A stretch of 64,000 bases of DNA from Candidatus Nanopelagicales bacterium (lineage in GTDB: Bacteria > Actinomycetota > Actinomycetes > S36-B12 > JBBQYX01): contig JBBQYX010000004.1 in assembly GCA_038208295.1 (NCBI GenBank), positions 7,966 through 71,965 of the forward strand, read 5' to 3'. This document shows, piece after piece, positions 56,930 through 64,000 of this stretch (its first letter is position 1; each line of letters begins with the position of its first letter). The translations under genes were made by a program, and so were the position numbers. Under the pieces are notes generated by a model. That model did not search any database, was not told where the DNA came from, and saw only the letters and a list, made by a program, of their open reading frames with translations.

Positions 56930-57916
56930 ATGTCCGCACGGCGTACGGAGCGGTTGCTGAACCTGCTGTTCGCCCTGATGGCGGCCAGCCAGCCGGTCAC
57001 GCGGGTGCAGCTGCGAAACCTGGTGACGGACTATCACGACGAATCCGACGAGGCGTTCGAGCGGATGTTCGAGCGCGACAAGGACGAACTGCGGGGGATG
57101 GGCGTCCCGATCGACACGGTTCACGGAGCCGGCGGGGAATCCTTGGGCTACCGGGTCCGCCGGGACGATTACGCCCTGCCGGAGATCCAGCTGACGCCGG
57201 CCGAGCTGTCGGTGCTCGGCCTGGCCGCCCGGGTCTGGGAACAGGCTTCGCTGGGGCCAGCGGCGCGTAGTGCGCTCGCCAAGCTCGAGGCCGCCGGCGG
57301 CGGGTGGGCTGACAACCGGCCCGTCGGGGTCCAAACCCGAGTGACCGCACACGACCCGGCGTTGTTGCCGCTGCTGGACGCGGTCCGAGTACGCCGACCC
57401 GTGCGCTTCGATTACCGCCGGCCCGATCAGCAAGAGCCGTCGATCCGGCGGGTGGAGCCCTGGGGCGTGCTCTCCCGGCGTGGCCGCTGGTACGTCGTGG
57501 GGCGGGACCTGGATCGGGACCAGCCCCGCGCTTTCCGGTTGTCCCGGATCGAGGGCATCGTCCGCCGCGACGGATCGCCCGACTCGTACACGGTCCCGGC
57601 CGACGTGGATGTCCGGGCCCTGGTGGCGCCGCCGGTGTCCGCTGACCGCACCGCTCGGGTCCGGTTGGCACCCGGTCGCGGGCAGGAACTGCGCCGGCGC
57701 GCGCTGCGCGTGGAGCCCGGACCACACGCGGCCGCCGGCGGCCCCACATCTGCCGATCTCGGCGATGACATCGTGACGGTCGTCTTCGGCGAGGCTCGTA
57801 CGCTGGCGGCCGAGGCGGCAGCATTGGGCGCAGATGCCGTTGTGCTCGAACCTCGCGACGTTCGCGACGCCGTCCGGGCGCTGCTGGCCGGCGCGTTGAT
57901 GGAGCATGCGCGGTGA
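56930..57916 (+). CDS. pafB: PafB, HTH + WYL-domain transcriptional regulator
   Basis: I set the start at ATG 56930 (MSARRTERLLNLLFALMAAS). A WYL-like region is present (RFDYRRP...RRVEPWGVLSRRGRWYVVG). It lies in the pafBC position. Confidence 0.88.
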   Translation: MSARRTERLLNLLFALMAASQPVTRVQLRNLVTDYHDESDEAFERMFERDKDELRGMGVPIDTVHGAGGESLGYRVRRDDYALPEIQLTPAELSVLGLAARVWEQASLGPAARSALAKLEAAGGGWADNRPVGVQTRVTAHDPALLPLLDAVRVRRPVRFDYRRPDQQEPSIRRVEPWGVLSRRGRWYVVGRDLDRDQPRAFRLSRIEGIVRRDGSPDSYTVPADVDVRALVAPPVSADRTARVRLAPGRGQELRRRALRVEPGPHAAAGGPTSADLGDDIVTVVFGEARTLAAEAAALGADAVVLEPRDVRDAVRALLAGALMEHAR

Positions 57917-58929
57917 CCTCCGGAAACCGGCTGTCGCGGCTGCTGGCCCTGGTCCCGTGGCTCAGCGCTCACCCCGGCATCACCATGCCGCAGGCGGCGC
58001 AGCATTTCGGGATCACCGTAGGCCAGTTGGAGTCGGACCTGAATTTGTTGGTGTGCAACGGATTGCCGGGGCATCGCACCGAAGATCTGGTGGACATCCA
58101 GTTCTGGGACGAGGGCGGCCATATCGACGTCCTGGACCCGCAGACCCTCGGTCGACCTTTGCGATTATCGCCCGAGGAGGCCATGGCGCTGCTCGTTGCG
58201 CTGCGGTTGCTGGCACAGGTGCCGGGCGACCACGACCGCGACGCACTGGCCTCGGTCACCGCGACGTTGGAGGAGGCCGCGGGGAGCGCGGCGAGGGGCG
58301 CGGACCGTCTTCAGGTTGACCTGGAGGTGCCCGGCGACATCGCCGAGACCGTCGAGTCGGCGCTGCGCGCACGTCGGGTACTGCGCCTGTCCTATCTGTC
58401 CGGGGTCGGCGAAGCGAGCGAGCGGGACGTCGACCCGATCCGCACCCTGGCCCTGGACGGGCATGCCTACCTCGAGGCGTGGTGCCACCGGGCCGGGGCG
58501 ATCCGGACGTTCCGGCTGGACCGCATCGTGTCGGCCACCGTGCTGAACGAGCCCGCGACACCGCCGCCGGACGGCACCGGCATCGATCTGCCGGCGGGCA
58601 GCGGGATCGCCGCCAGGCAAGCGTCGGTGAGTAACCCGCTGCACCCGCAAGGGCCGCCGGCGACCCTGCTGCTGCGCCCGGAGGCATCCTGGCTGCTGGA
58701 CGAGGTGGCCACCGACTCGGTCGAGCAGCAGCCCGACGGCTCCTGGCTCGTGGTCGTACCCGTGCCCAACCCGACCTGGGCGGTGCGCTGGGCGCTACGT
58801 CTGGGCGGCGCTGCCCGCGTCCTCGGCCCGCCGGAGCTGGTCGAGGCGGTCCGGACGGCGGCAAGCAGGGCACTCGCGGCGTATGAGGCGCCGACTCTCA
58901 ACGCGGCAGCAGGATCATCAGGAGGATAA
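57913..58929 (+). CDS. pafC: PafC, HTH + WYL-domain transcriptional regulator
   Basis: It overlaps the pafB stop by 4 nt and contains NRLSRLLALVPWLSAHPGITMPQAAQHFGIT and RLSYLSGVGEASERDVDPIRTLALDGHAYLEAWC. Confidence 0.88.
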   Translation: MTSGNRLSRLLALVPWLSAHPGITMPQAAQHFGITVGQLESDLNLLVCNGLPGHRTEDLVDIQFWDEGGHIDVLDPQTLGRPLRLSPEEAMALLVALRLLAQVPGDHDRDALASVTATLEEAAGSAARGADRLQVDLEVPGDIAETVESALRARRVLRLSYLSGVGEASERDVDPIRTLALDGHAYLEAWCHRAGAIRTFRLDRIVSATVLNEPATPPPDGTGIDLPAGSGIAARQASVSNPLHPQGPPATLLLRPEASWLLDEVATDSVEQQPDGSWLVVVPVPNPTWAVRWALRLGGAARVLGPPELVEAVRTAASRALAAYEAPTLNAAAGSSGG

Positions 58930-59078
58930 GGAACGACTCGCCCGACCAGGCCCTGGACGCGTGCGCCGCCCGTACCGCTGAATTGAAGGTTAAGGCCCGC
59001 TCAAGGTCCGGGGGGTGAGCGCCGATGCCTGGCATATCGTCGGCGCCGCCGACGCGAGCCAGCCAAGGGAATCTCGCC

Positions 59079-59423
59079 ATGACCACCATCAAGGCCACTT
59101 GCCCCAGTTGTGGAGACGTGGACCTCACCCCGCGCCAGGTCACCGTCACCACCGCCCCCCGGGCCGGCTGGGCCACCTACGGCTTCACCTGCCCCCGCTG
59201 CCACGAAGGCGTCACGAAGTCCGCCGACAACGAGGTCGTCACGTTATTGCGCGGCGCCGGCGTACGCATGTCGCGCCTGGACGTGCCGGCCGAGGCGTTG
59301 GAGGACCACGTCGGTCCGCCTCTGACGTACGACGATGTCCTCGACTTCGGCCTGTGCCTGGGCATGGCTGACGCGCTGGTCGCCCTGATGCAGCGCGAGG
59401 CCCGACCGGCTGGACGCTCCTGA
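59079..59423 (+). CDS. Hypothetical small protein with a CxxC...CxxC zinc-ribbon-like motif
   Basis: I chose the ATG at 59079 after an AAGGGA RBS, giving 114 aa. It contains CPSCGDVDL...FTCPRCHEG. Codon third-position GC is high throughout. Confidence 0.55.
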   Translation: MTTIKATCPSCGDVDLTPRQVTVTTAPRAGWATYGFTCPRCHEGVTKSADNEVVTLLRGAGVRMSRLDVPAEALEDHVGPPLTYDDVLDFGLCLGMADALVALMQREARPAGRS

Positions 59424-59635
59424 CCTGATTCCCGCATGAACTTCGGGCGACTCGGGGCGAACAGCACCGCCCGTGAGCGGTGCAGCAGGGGAAGGGCGGC
59501 GTATCGTGGGTGTGGACCTGCGGAGGCTGCGTGCGACCGCAGGTTCATGGTCACAAGACTGGACTCCGGCGAGCAGCGCCGGGCTTCGTAGCACCTGACC
59601 GGCACCCAGCCGCCGAACGCAAGGACAGCCACACC

Positions 59636-59986
59636 ATGGGCGCAATCTTCGAGAAGCCGTCGACGCTGATCATCATCCTGGTGTTGGTCATCCTGTTGTT
59701 CGGTGCCAAACGACTCCCCGATGCCGCCCGTGGCATCGGCCGGTCGTTGCGAATCCTGAAATCGGAGACCGAGGGCCTGCGCGGCGATGACGCCAAGGAC
59801 GATGCAGCGCCCGACAAGCCCACGCAGCAGGCCTACGTACCGCCCGCGGTGACCGCCGCTCCCGCGCCGTACGCACCCCAGCAATACGCCCCACCGTCCG
59901 GTGCCCCCGTGTACGCGCCCCCGGCCGGCCAGCAGCCGGTGACCGGGCAGCCGAACGCGCAGCAGCCCGGCCAGCCGCAGGGCTGA
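59636..59986 (+). CDS. tatA: Twin-arginine translocase subunit TatA/E
   Basis: I set the start at ATG 59636. [33 protein letters not shown] is the TatA TM plus amphipathic helix. The tail is Pro/Gln-rich. Confidence 0.93.
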   Translation: MGAIFEKPSTLIIILVLVILLFGAKRLPDAARGIGRSLRILKSETEGLRGDDAKDDAAPDKPTQQAYVPPAVTAAPAPYAPQQYAPPSGAPVYAPPAGQQPVTGQPNAQQPGQPQG

Positions 59987-60023
59987 GTCCCATCCGCCCA
60001 CCCGTCGCCGGACCGGGGCCGTC

Positions 60024-60956
60024 GTGAGCACCACCAAGCCGTCGCGCAACGCTCGTTTTCGGCGAGGCGCCACCCGATCGGACGCTGACACCCCGCCGGG
60101 CTCGAGCCCCGGGGAGATGACGCTGATCGAGCATCTGCGGGAACTGCGCACCCGGCTGTTCCGGGCCGCGCTGGCCATCACCGCCGGGGCAATACTTGGC
60201 TGGGCTTTCTACGGTCCGCTGTTCGACCTGATCCGGCATCCCTTCGACCGAGTGCTGGCCGAGGCGGAGGCCAACGGTCAGCAGGTGACCCTGGCGCTGA
60301 CCGGCGTCACCGACGCATTCACGCTGCGGCTGAAAGTCTCGTTGATCGCCGGGGTCGTCCTGTCGTCCCCAGTCTGGCTGTTCCAGTTGTGGCGGTTCAT
60401 CGCACCCGGTCTTCGGGGCACCGAACGGCGGTGGGCGTACGGGTTCACGGCGGCCGCGACGCCGCTGTTCCTGGCCGGCTGCACCATGGGTTACCTGGTG
60501 CTGCCGAAGATGCTGGAGGTGCTGCTCGGGTTCACCCCGGCCAACGTCGCCAACATCATCTCCATCGACTACTACCTGTCTTTCGCGTTGCAACTGCTGC
60601 TCTTCTTCGGGATCGGCTTCCTGCTGCCGATGACCTTTGTGATGCTCAACTTCGCCGGCATCCTGTCGGGGCGAAAACTGCTCTCCTGGTGGCGATTCCT
60701 GATCTTCGGCGCCTTCGTCTTCGCCGCGGTGGCGACCCCGTCGGGTGACCCCATCTCCATGGCGCTGCTGGCGGTGCCGCTGCTGTCCCTGGTCGCGATT
60801 GCGGTCATCATCACCCTGCTCAATGACCGGCGGCGTCGGCGCAAGAACCCCGAATCGGACTTCGGGCAGTGGGACGACGAGCAGGTGTCCCCGATCGAGG
60901 AGGCCGTCGTCGATCCCGGCGACCTGCGTCCGTCCAGCCTGGACGACGTGCCGTAG
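60024..60956 (+). CDS. tatC: Twin-arginine translocase subunit TatC
   Basis: 310 aa with a GTG start. It contains MTLIEHLRELRTRLF, 6 TM helices, and LAVPLL near the C-terminus. Confidence 0.95.
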   Translation: MSTTKPSRNARFRRGATRSDADTPPGSSPGEMTLIEHLRELRTRLFRAALAITAGAILGWAFYGPLFDLIRHPFDRVLAEAEANGQQVTLALTGVTDAFTLRLKVSLIAGVVLSSPVWLFQLWRFIAPGLRGTERRWAYGFTAAATPLFLAGCTMGYLVLPKMLEVLLGFTPANVANIISIDYYLSFALQLLLFFGIGFLLPMTFVMLNFAGILSGRKLLSWWRFLIFGAFVFAAVATPSGDPISMALLAVPLLSLVAIAVIITLLNDRRRRRKNPESDFGQWDDEQVSPIEEAVVDPGDLRPSSLDDVP

Positions 60957-61014
60957 CCCCGCCGGAGCCCGAGTGGCAGCAGCGCCGCGAGAACGTGCCC
61001 GCTACGGTGCTGCG

Positions 61015-61926
61015 ATGCCCGAGATCACCCGGTCCGTCGCCGTCGTCGTCAACCCCTCCGCCGGGCGAGGCAAGGGCGGGCGGATCGCCCCATTGCTGGC
61101 CCGGCGGCTGCACGAACGAGGAGTAGCCGCGACCCTGCTGATCGGTACGACGCCGGGGGAGGCGGCCACGATGGCGGCCAAAGCCGTAGCCGCCGGCACC
61201 TCCGCCCTGATCGCCTGCGGTGGCGACGGCACCGTCAACCTGGTTCTGCAGGCCGTGGTCGGCACCGACACGCCGCTGGGGCTGGTGCCCACCGGTACGG
61301 GCGATGACATCGCCCGTTCGCTGGGCATTCCGCGCGGCGACGTCGACGCGGCATGCGACATCATCGCCGCCGGGCACACCGAGCCCGTGGATGCGGCCAT
61401 CGCGCGGACCTCCGAGGGCGTCCAGCGCTGGTTCATCGGGGTGCTGTCCAGTGGCTTCGACTCCGCCGTGAACGAGCGTGCCAACCGGCTCGCCTGGCCG
61501 CGGGGCAAGGCTCGCTATCTGGTCGCGATTGCCGCGGAACTGCGCACCTTCCGGCCCATCGGTTACCGGGTGCTGTTGGACGGTGTGGAACACGAGGGCA
61601 GCGGGATGCTGGTGGCTGTGGGCAACGGGGTGTCCTATGGCGGCGGCATGCAGGTCTGCCCCGGCGCGCTGGTCGACGACGGCCTGCTCAGCGTGACCTG
61701 GTTGCACGAGCTGCCCACCCGTACGTTCCTGCGGGTGTTTCCACAGGTGTTCAGCGGCAAGCACATTGCGCATCCCTCGGTTGCCCAGCACACCGCGCAG
61801 ACGGTGCGGATCGAGGCGTCCGGCCAGGTCGCGTATGCGGATGGCGAGCCCTTCGGCCTGTTGCCGGTTGACGTCGAGATTCATCCCGGCGTGGTCCGGG
61901 TGCTGCGACCGGCCAGGGCCACCTAA
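61015..61926 (+). CDS. Diacylglycerol kinase-family lipid kinase (LCB5/YegS-like)
   Basis: I set the start at ATG 61015 (MPEITRSVAVVVNPSAGRG). It contains ACGGDGTVN and LGLVPTGTGDDIARSLGIP. Confidence 0.88.
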   Translation: MPEITRSVAVVVNPSAGRGKGGRIAPLLARRLHERGVAATLLIGTTPGEAATMAAKAVAAGTSALIACGGDGTVNLVLQAVVGTDTPLGLVPTGTGDDIARSLGIPRGDVDAACDIIAAGHTEPVDAAIARTSEGVQRWFIGVLSSGFDSAVNERANRLAWPRGKARYLVAIAAELRTFRPIGYRVLLDGVEHEGSGMLVAVGNGVSYGGGMQVCPGALVDDGLLSVTWLHELPTRTFLRVFPQVFSGKHIAHPSVAQHTAQTVRIEASGQVAYADGEPFGLLPVDVEIHPGVVRVLRPARAT

Positions 61927-61936
61927 TCTGGACCGT

Positions 61937-64000
61937 ATGTCTGCTGGTGATCGTCGTATGAGCGAACCCGAGGCGGACACCGGCAGCCAGGGTCGAAGCC
62001 CCGCCGAGCGATACGCCGCCGCGGCGGTGCGAGCGGTCGAGCAGCGGTCGCAATTGCACGCGTTCGCGCAGCGCTACCCCTTTGGTCTGGACGACTTCCA
62101 GCAGCGGGCCTGCCGGGCGCTGGAGGCCGGTCGTGGCGTCCTGGTGGCGGCCCCGACCGGGTCCGGCAAGACGGTCATCGGTGAGTTCGCGATCGAACTG
62201 GCGTTGGCCGCCGGCCGCAAGTGCTTCTACACCACGCCGATCAAGGCGTTGTCCAACCAGAAGTACCACGACCTGCTGCTGCGCTACGGCCCCGGCCGGG
62301 TCGGGCTGCTGACGGGGGACAACAGCATCCACGGCGAGGCCGACGTGGTCGTGATGACCACCGAGGTGCTGCGCAACATGATGTACGCCGGGTCGGCGAC
62401 CCTGGACCACCTCGCGCACGTGGTGATGGACGAGGTGCACTACCTGGCCGACCGCTCCCGGGGCGCCGTCTGGGAGGAGGTCATCATCTCGTTGCCGCCG
62501 CACGTCACCGTGACGGCGTTGTCGGCGACGGTCAGCAACGCCGAGGAGTTCGGTGACTGGCTGGCGACCGTACGCGGGGACACCGAGGTCGTCGTCGAGG
62601 AGCACCGTCCGGTCCCGCTGTGGCAGCACGTGATGGCCGGAAATCGGTTGTTCGACCTGTTCGTGGACGACGAGCAGAGTCTGGTCAACCCCGAACTCGT
62701 GCGGTTCGCCCGGGAGGAGCAGCGGGCCGAGAAACTCCGCGACACCCGTCCGCAGCGCGGTCACCGGCGACCGCGCGGACCTCATGTCCCCAGCCGGGTG
62801 GAGGTGATCGAACGTCTGGACCGGGAGGGGCTGCTCCCAGCGATCACATTCATCTTCAGCCGTACGGGCTGCGATGCAGCGGTGCGCCAGTGCCTGAACG
62901 CGGGTTTGCGCCTGACAAGCCCCGGGGAACGGGACCGGATCAGGATCCTGGTGGACGAACGCTGCTCCCACCTGCCCGACTCCGACCTGGCCGTGCTCGG
63001 CTATACCGAATGGCGTACCGGACTGGAACGGGGGATCGCCGCCCACCACGCCGGGATGTTGCCGACGTTCAAGGAGGTCGTCGAGGAGTTGTTCCAGGCC
63101 GGGCTGGTACGCGCGGTGTTCGCCACCGAAACCTTGGCACTGGGCATCAACATGCCTGCGCGCAGCGTCGTCCTGGAGAAACTGCGCAAGTTCAACGGCG
63201 AAACCCACGCCGACGTTACTCCCGGGGAATACACCCAGTTGACCGGACGGGCCGGCCGGCGTGGGATCGACGTCGAGGGGCACGCGGTCGTGGTCTGGCA
63301 CGACGGGCTCGATCCGTCGGCGTTGGCCGGGCTGGCGTCCACCCGCACCTATCCGCTGCGTTCGTCGTTCCGACCTTCGTACAACATGGCCGTCAACTTG
63401 GTCGGCCAGTTGGGCCGGCATGCCGCCCGCGAAGTTCTGGAAACCTCGTTCGCGCAGTTCCAGGCTGACCGGGCGGTGGTCGGGCTGGCCGCGCAGGTGC
63501 GGCGCAACGAGGAGGCGCTGGCCGGGTACGCAGACGCCATGTCCTGCCACCTGGGCGATTTTGCCGAGTATGCGGCCCTGCGGCAGCAGATCTCCGAGGC
63601 GGAACGCGACCACGCCCGCAGCGGGGCGGTAGCCCGGCGGTCGCAGGCCCGGGAATCGTTGGCCGTTCTGCGCAGCGGTGACGTCATCTTTATCCCGGCC
63701 GGGCGTCGGGCGGGTGCGGCCGTCGTCCTCGACCCGGGCATCCGCGACCCCGGTGACGAGCCCCGCCCATACGTGCTCACCGTCGATCGGCAGGTCCGGC
63801 GGCTGTCCGTCGCCGACTTCCCGACCCCGGTGGAGGCCGTGGAGAAGCTCAAGATCCCACGCACATTCAGTGCCCGGTCGGCAAACTCCCGGCGGGATCT
63901 GGCGAATGCGCTGCGGGAGAAGGTGGCCCGACTGCACGCGCCGAAACACCACCGGGCTCGCGGCCATGGCGACGACGAGCGGATATCGGCCCTGCGTACC
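61937..64000 (+). CDS. helY: Ski2-like DEVH-box RNA helicase HelY, 3' end beyond the window
   Basis: My manual translation from ATG 61937 stays open to nt 64000. It has Walker A AAPTGSGKT, TTPIKALSNQKY and a DEVH box VVMDEVHYLADRSRG. This ORF is absent from the track because it has no stop in the window. Confidence 0.9.
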   Translation, partial: MSAGDRRMSEPEADTGSQGRSPAERYAAAAVRAVEQRSQLHAFAQRYPFGLDDFQQRACRALEAGRGVLVAAPTGSGKTVIGEFAIELALAAGRKCFYTTPIKALSNQKYHDLLLRYGPGRVGLLTGDNSIHGEADVVVMTTEVLRNMMYAGSATLDHLAHVVMDEVHYLADRSRGAVWEEVIISLPPHVTVTALSATVSNAEEFGDWLATVRGDTEVVVEEHRPVPLWQHVMAGNRLFDLFVDDEQSLVNPELVRFAREEQRAEKLRDTRPQRGHRRPRGPHVPSRVEVIERLDREGLLPAITFIFSRTGCDAAVRQCLNAGLRLTSPGERDRIRILVDERCSHLPDSDLAVLGYTEWRTGLERGIAAHHAGMLPTFKEVVEELFQAGLVRAVFATETLALGINMPARSVVLEKLRKFNGETHADVTPGEYTQLTGRAGRRGIDVEGHAVVVWHDGLDPSALAGLASTRTYPLRSSFRPSYNMAVNLVGQLGRHAAREVLETSFAQFQADRAVVGLAAQVRRNEEALAGYADAMSCHLGDFAEYAALRQQISEAERDHARSGAVARRSQARESLAVLRSGDVIFIPAGRRAGAAVVLDPGIRDPGDEPRPYVLTVDRQVRRLSVADFPTPVEAVEKLKIPRTFSARSANSRRDLANALREKVARLHAPKHHRARGHGDDERISALRT

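Noticed and set aside
61751-63967. 738-aa minus-strand ORF
   Set aside because: It is antisense to the helY coding frame, which shows clear helicase motifs. The product is Arg/Pro/Gly-rich with no motifs. This is a typical shadow ORF of high-GC DNA.

Overview
This is a high-GC (roughly 70% by eye) Actinomycetota chromosomal segment that is almost fully coding. I see no rRNA, CRISPR array, transposase or integrase.

Gene content:
- 1-17 kb: a partial mazF; a relE/parE-phd pair; aminopeptidase P; an atypical MazE/AbrB-like gene with a 233-aa unknown partner; an MFS transporter; nusB-efp; tRNA-Leu(CAA); a PdtaR-like ANTAR response regulator followed by a livKHMGF-type ABC operon; DUF554; GNAT; a hotdog thioesterase; polA.
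- 17-29 kb: a cell-envelope glycan cluster. It contains a lipoprotein hydrolase, a Wzx/MurJ-like flippase, a polytopic membrane protein, a DUF2613-like small protein, a GT4 glycosyltransferase, a SAM methyltransferase and a 1401-aa AftD-like GT-C enzyme.
- 29-64 kb: gnd, pgi, an HTH protein, PAC2, metH, HAD, a MacB-type ABC exporter, an M50/CBS protease and trmI. These are followed by the complete Pup-proteasome locus (arc/mpa, dop, pup, prcB, prcA, pafA, pafB, pafC), then tatA, tatC, a DAG-kinase-like lipid kinase and helY, which runs off the window. As far as I recall, this is the gene order of M. tuberculosis Rv2125..Rv2092c.

Most notable observations:
1. A vapBC (RHH + PIN) cassette sits exactly at the prcA-pafA junction. 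It is bounded by 68-bp direct repeats that duplicate the prcA 3' end.
2. A 4.3-kb opposite-strand redox operon is wedged between dop and pup. It encodes a Tat-anchored Pro/Ala/Lys-rich protein, ApbE, a ferric-reductase-like di-haem membrane protein, a NuoF-like flavoprotein and a ferredoxin. The anchor ORF and ApbE look like one gene split at a C6 tract.
3. A MazE-like antitoxin gene is paired with a double-length uncharacterised partner, behind an AT-rich direct-repeat operator.
4. Two unusual short-period tandem arrays lie downstream of the ANTAR regulator (11-nt period) and at the polA stop codon (13/22-nt period).

Many long ORFs in the track are antisense shadow ORFs typical of high-GC DNA and are not annotated.
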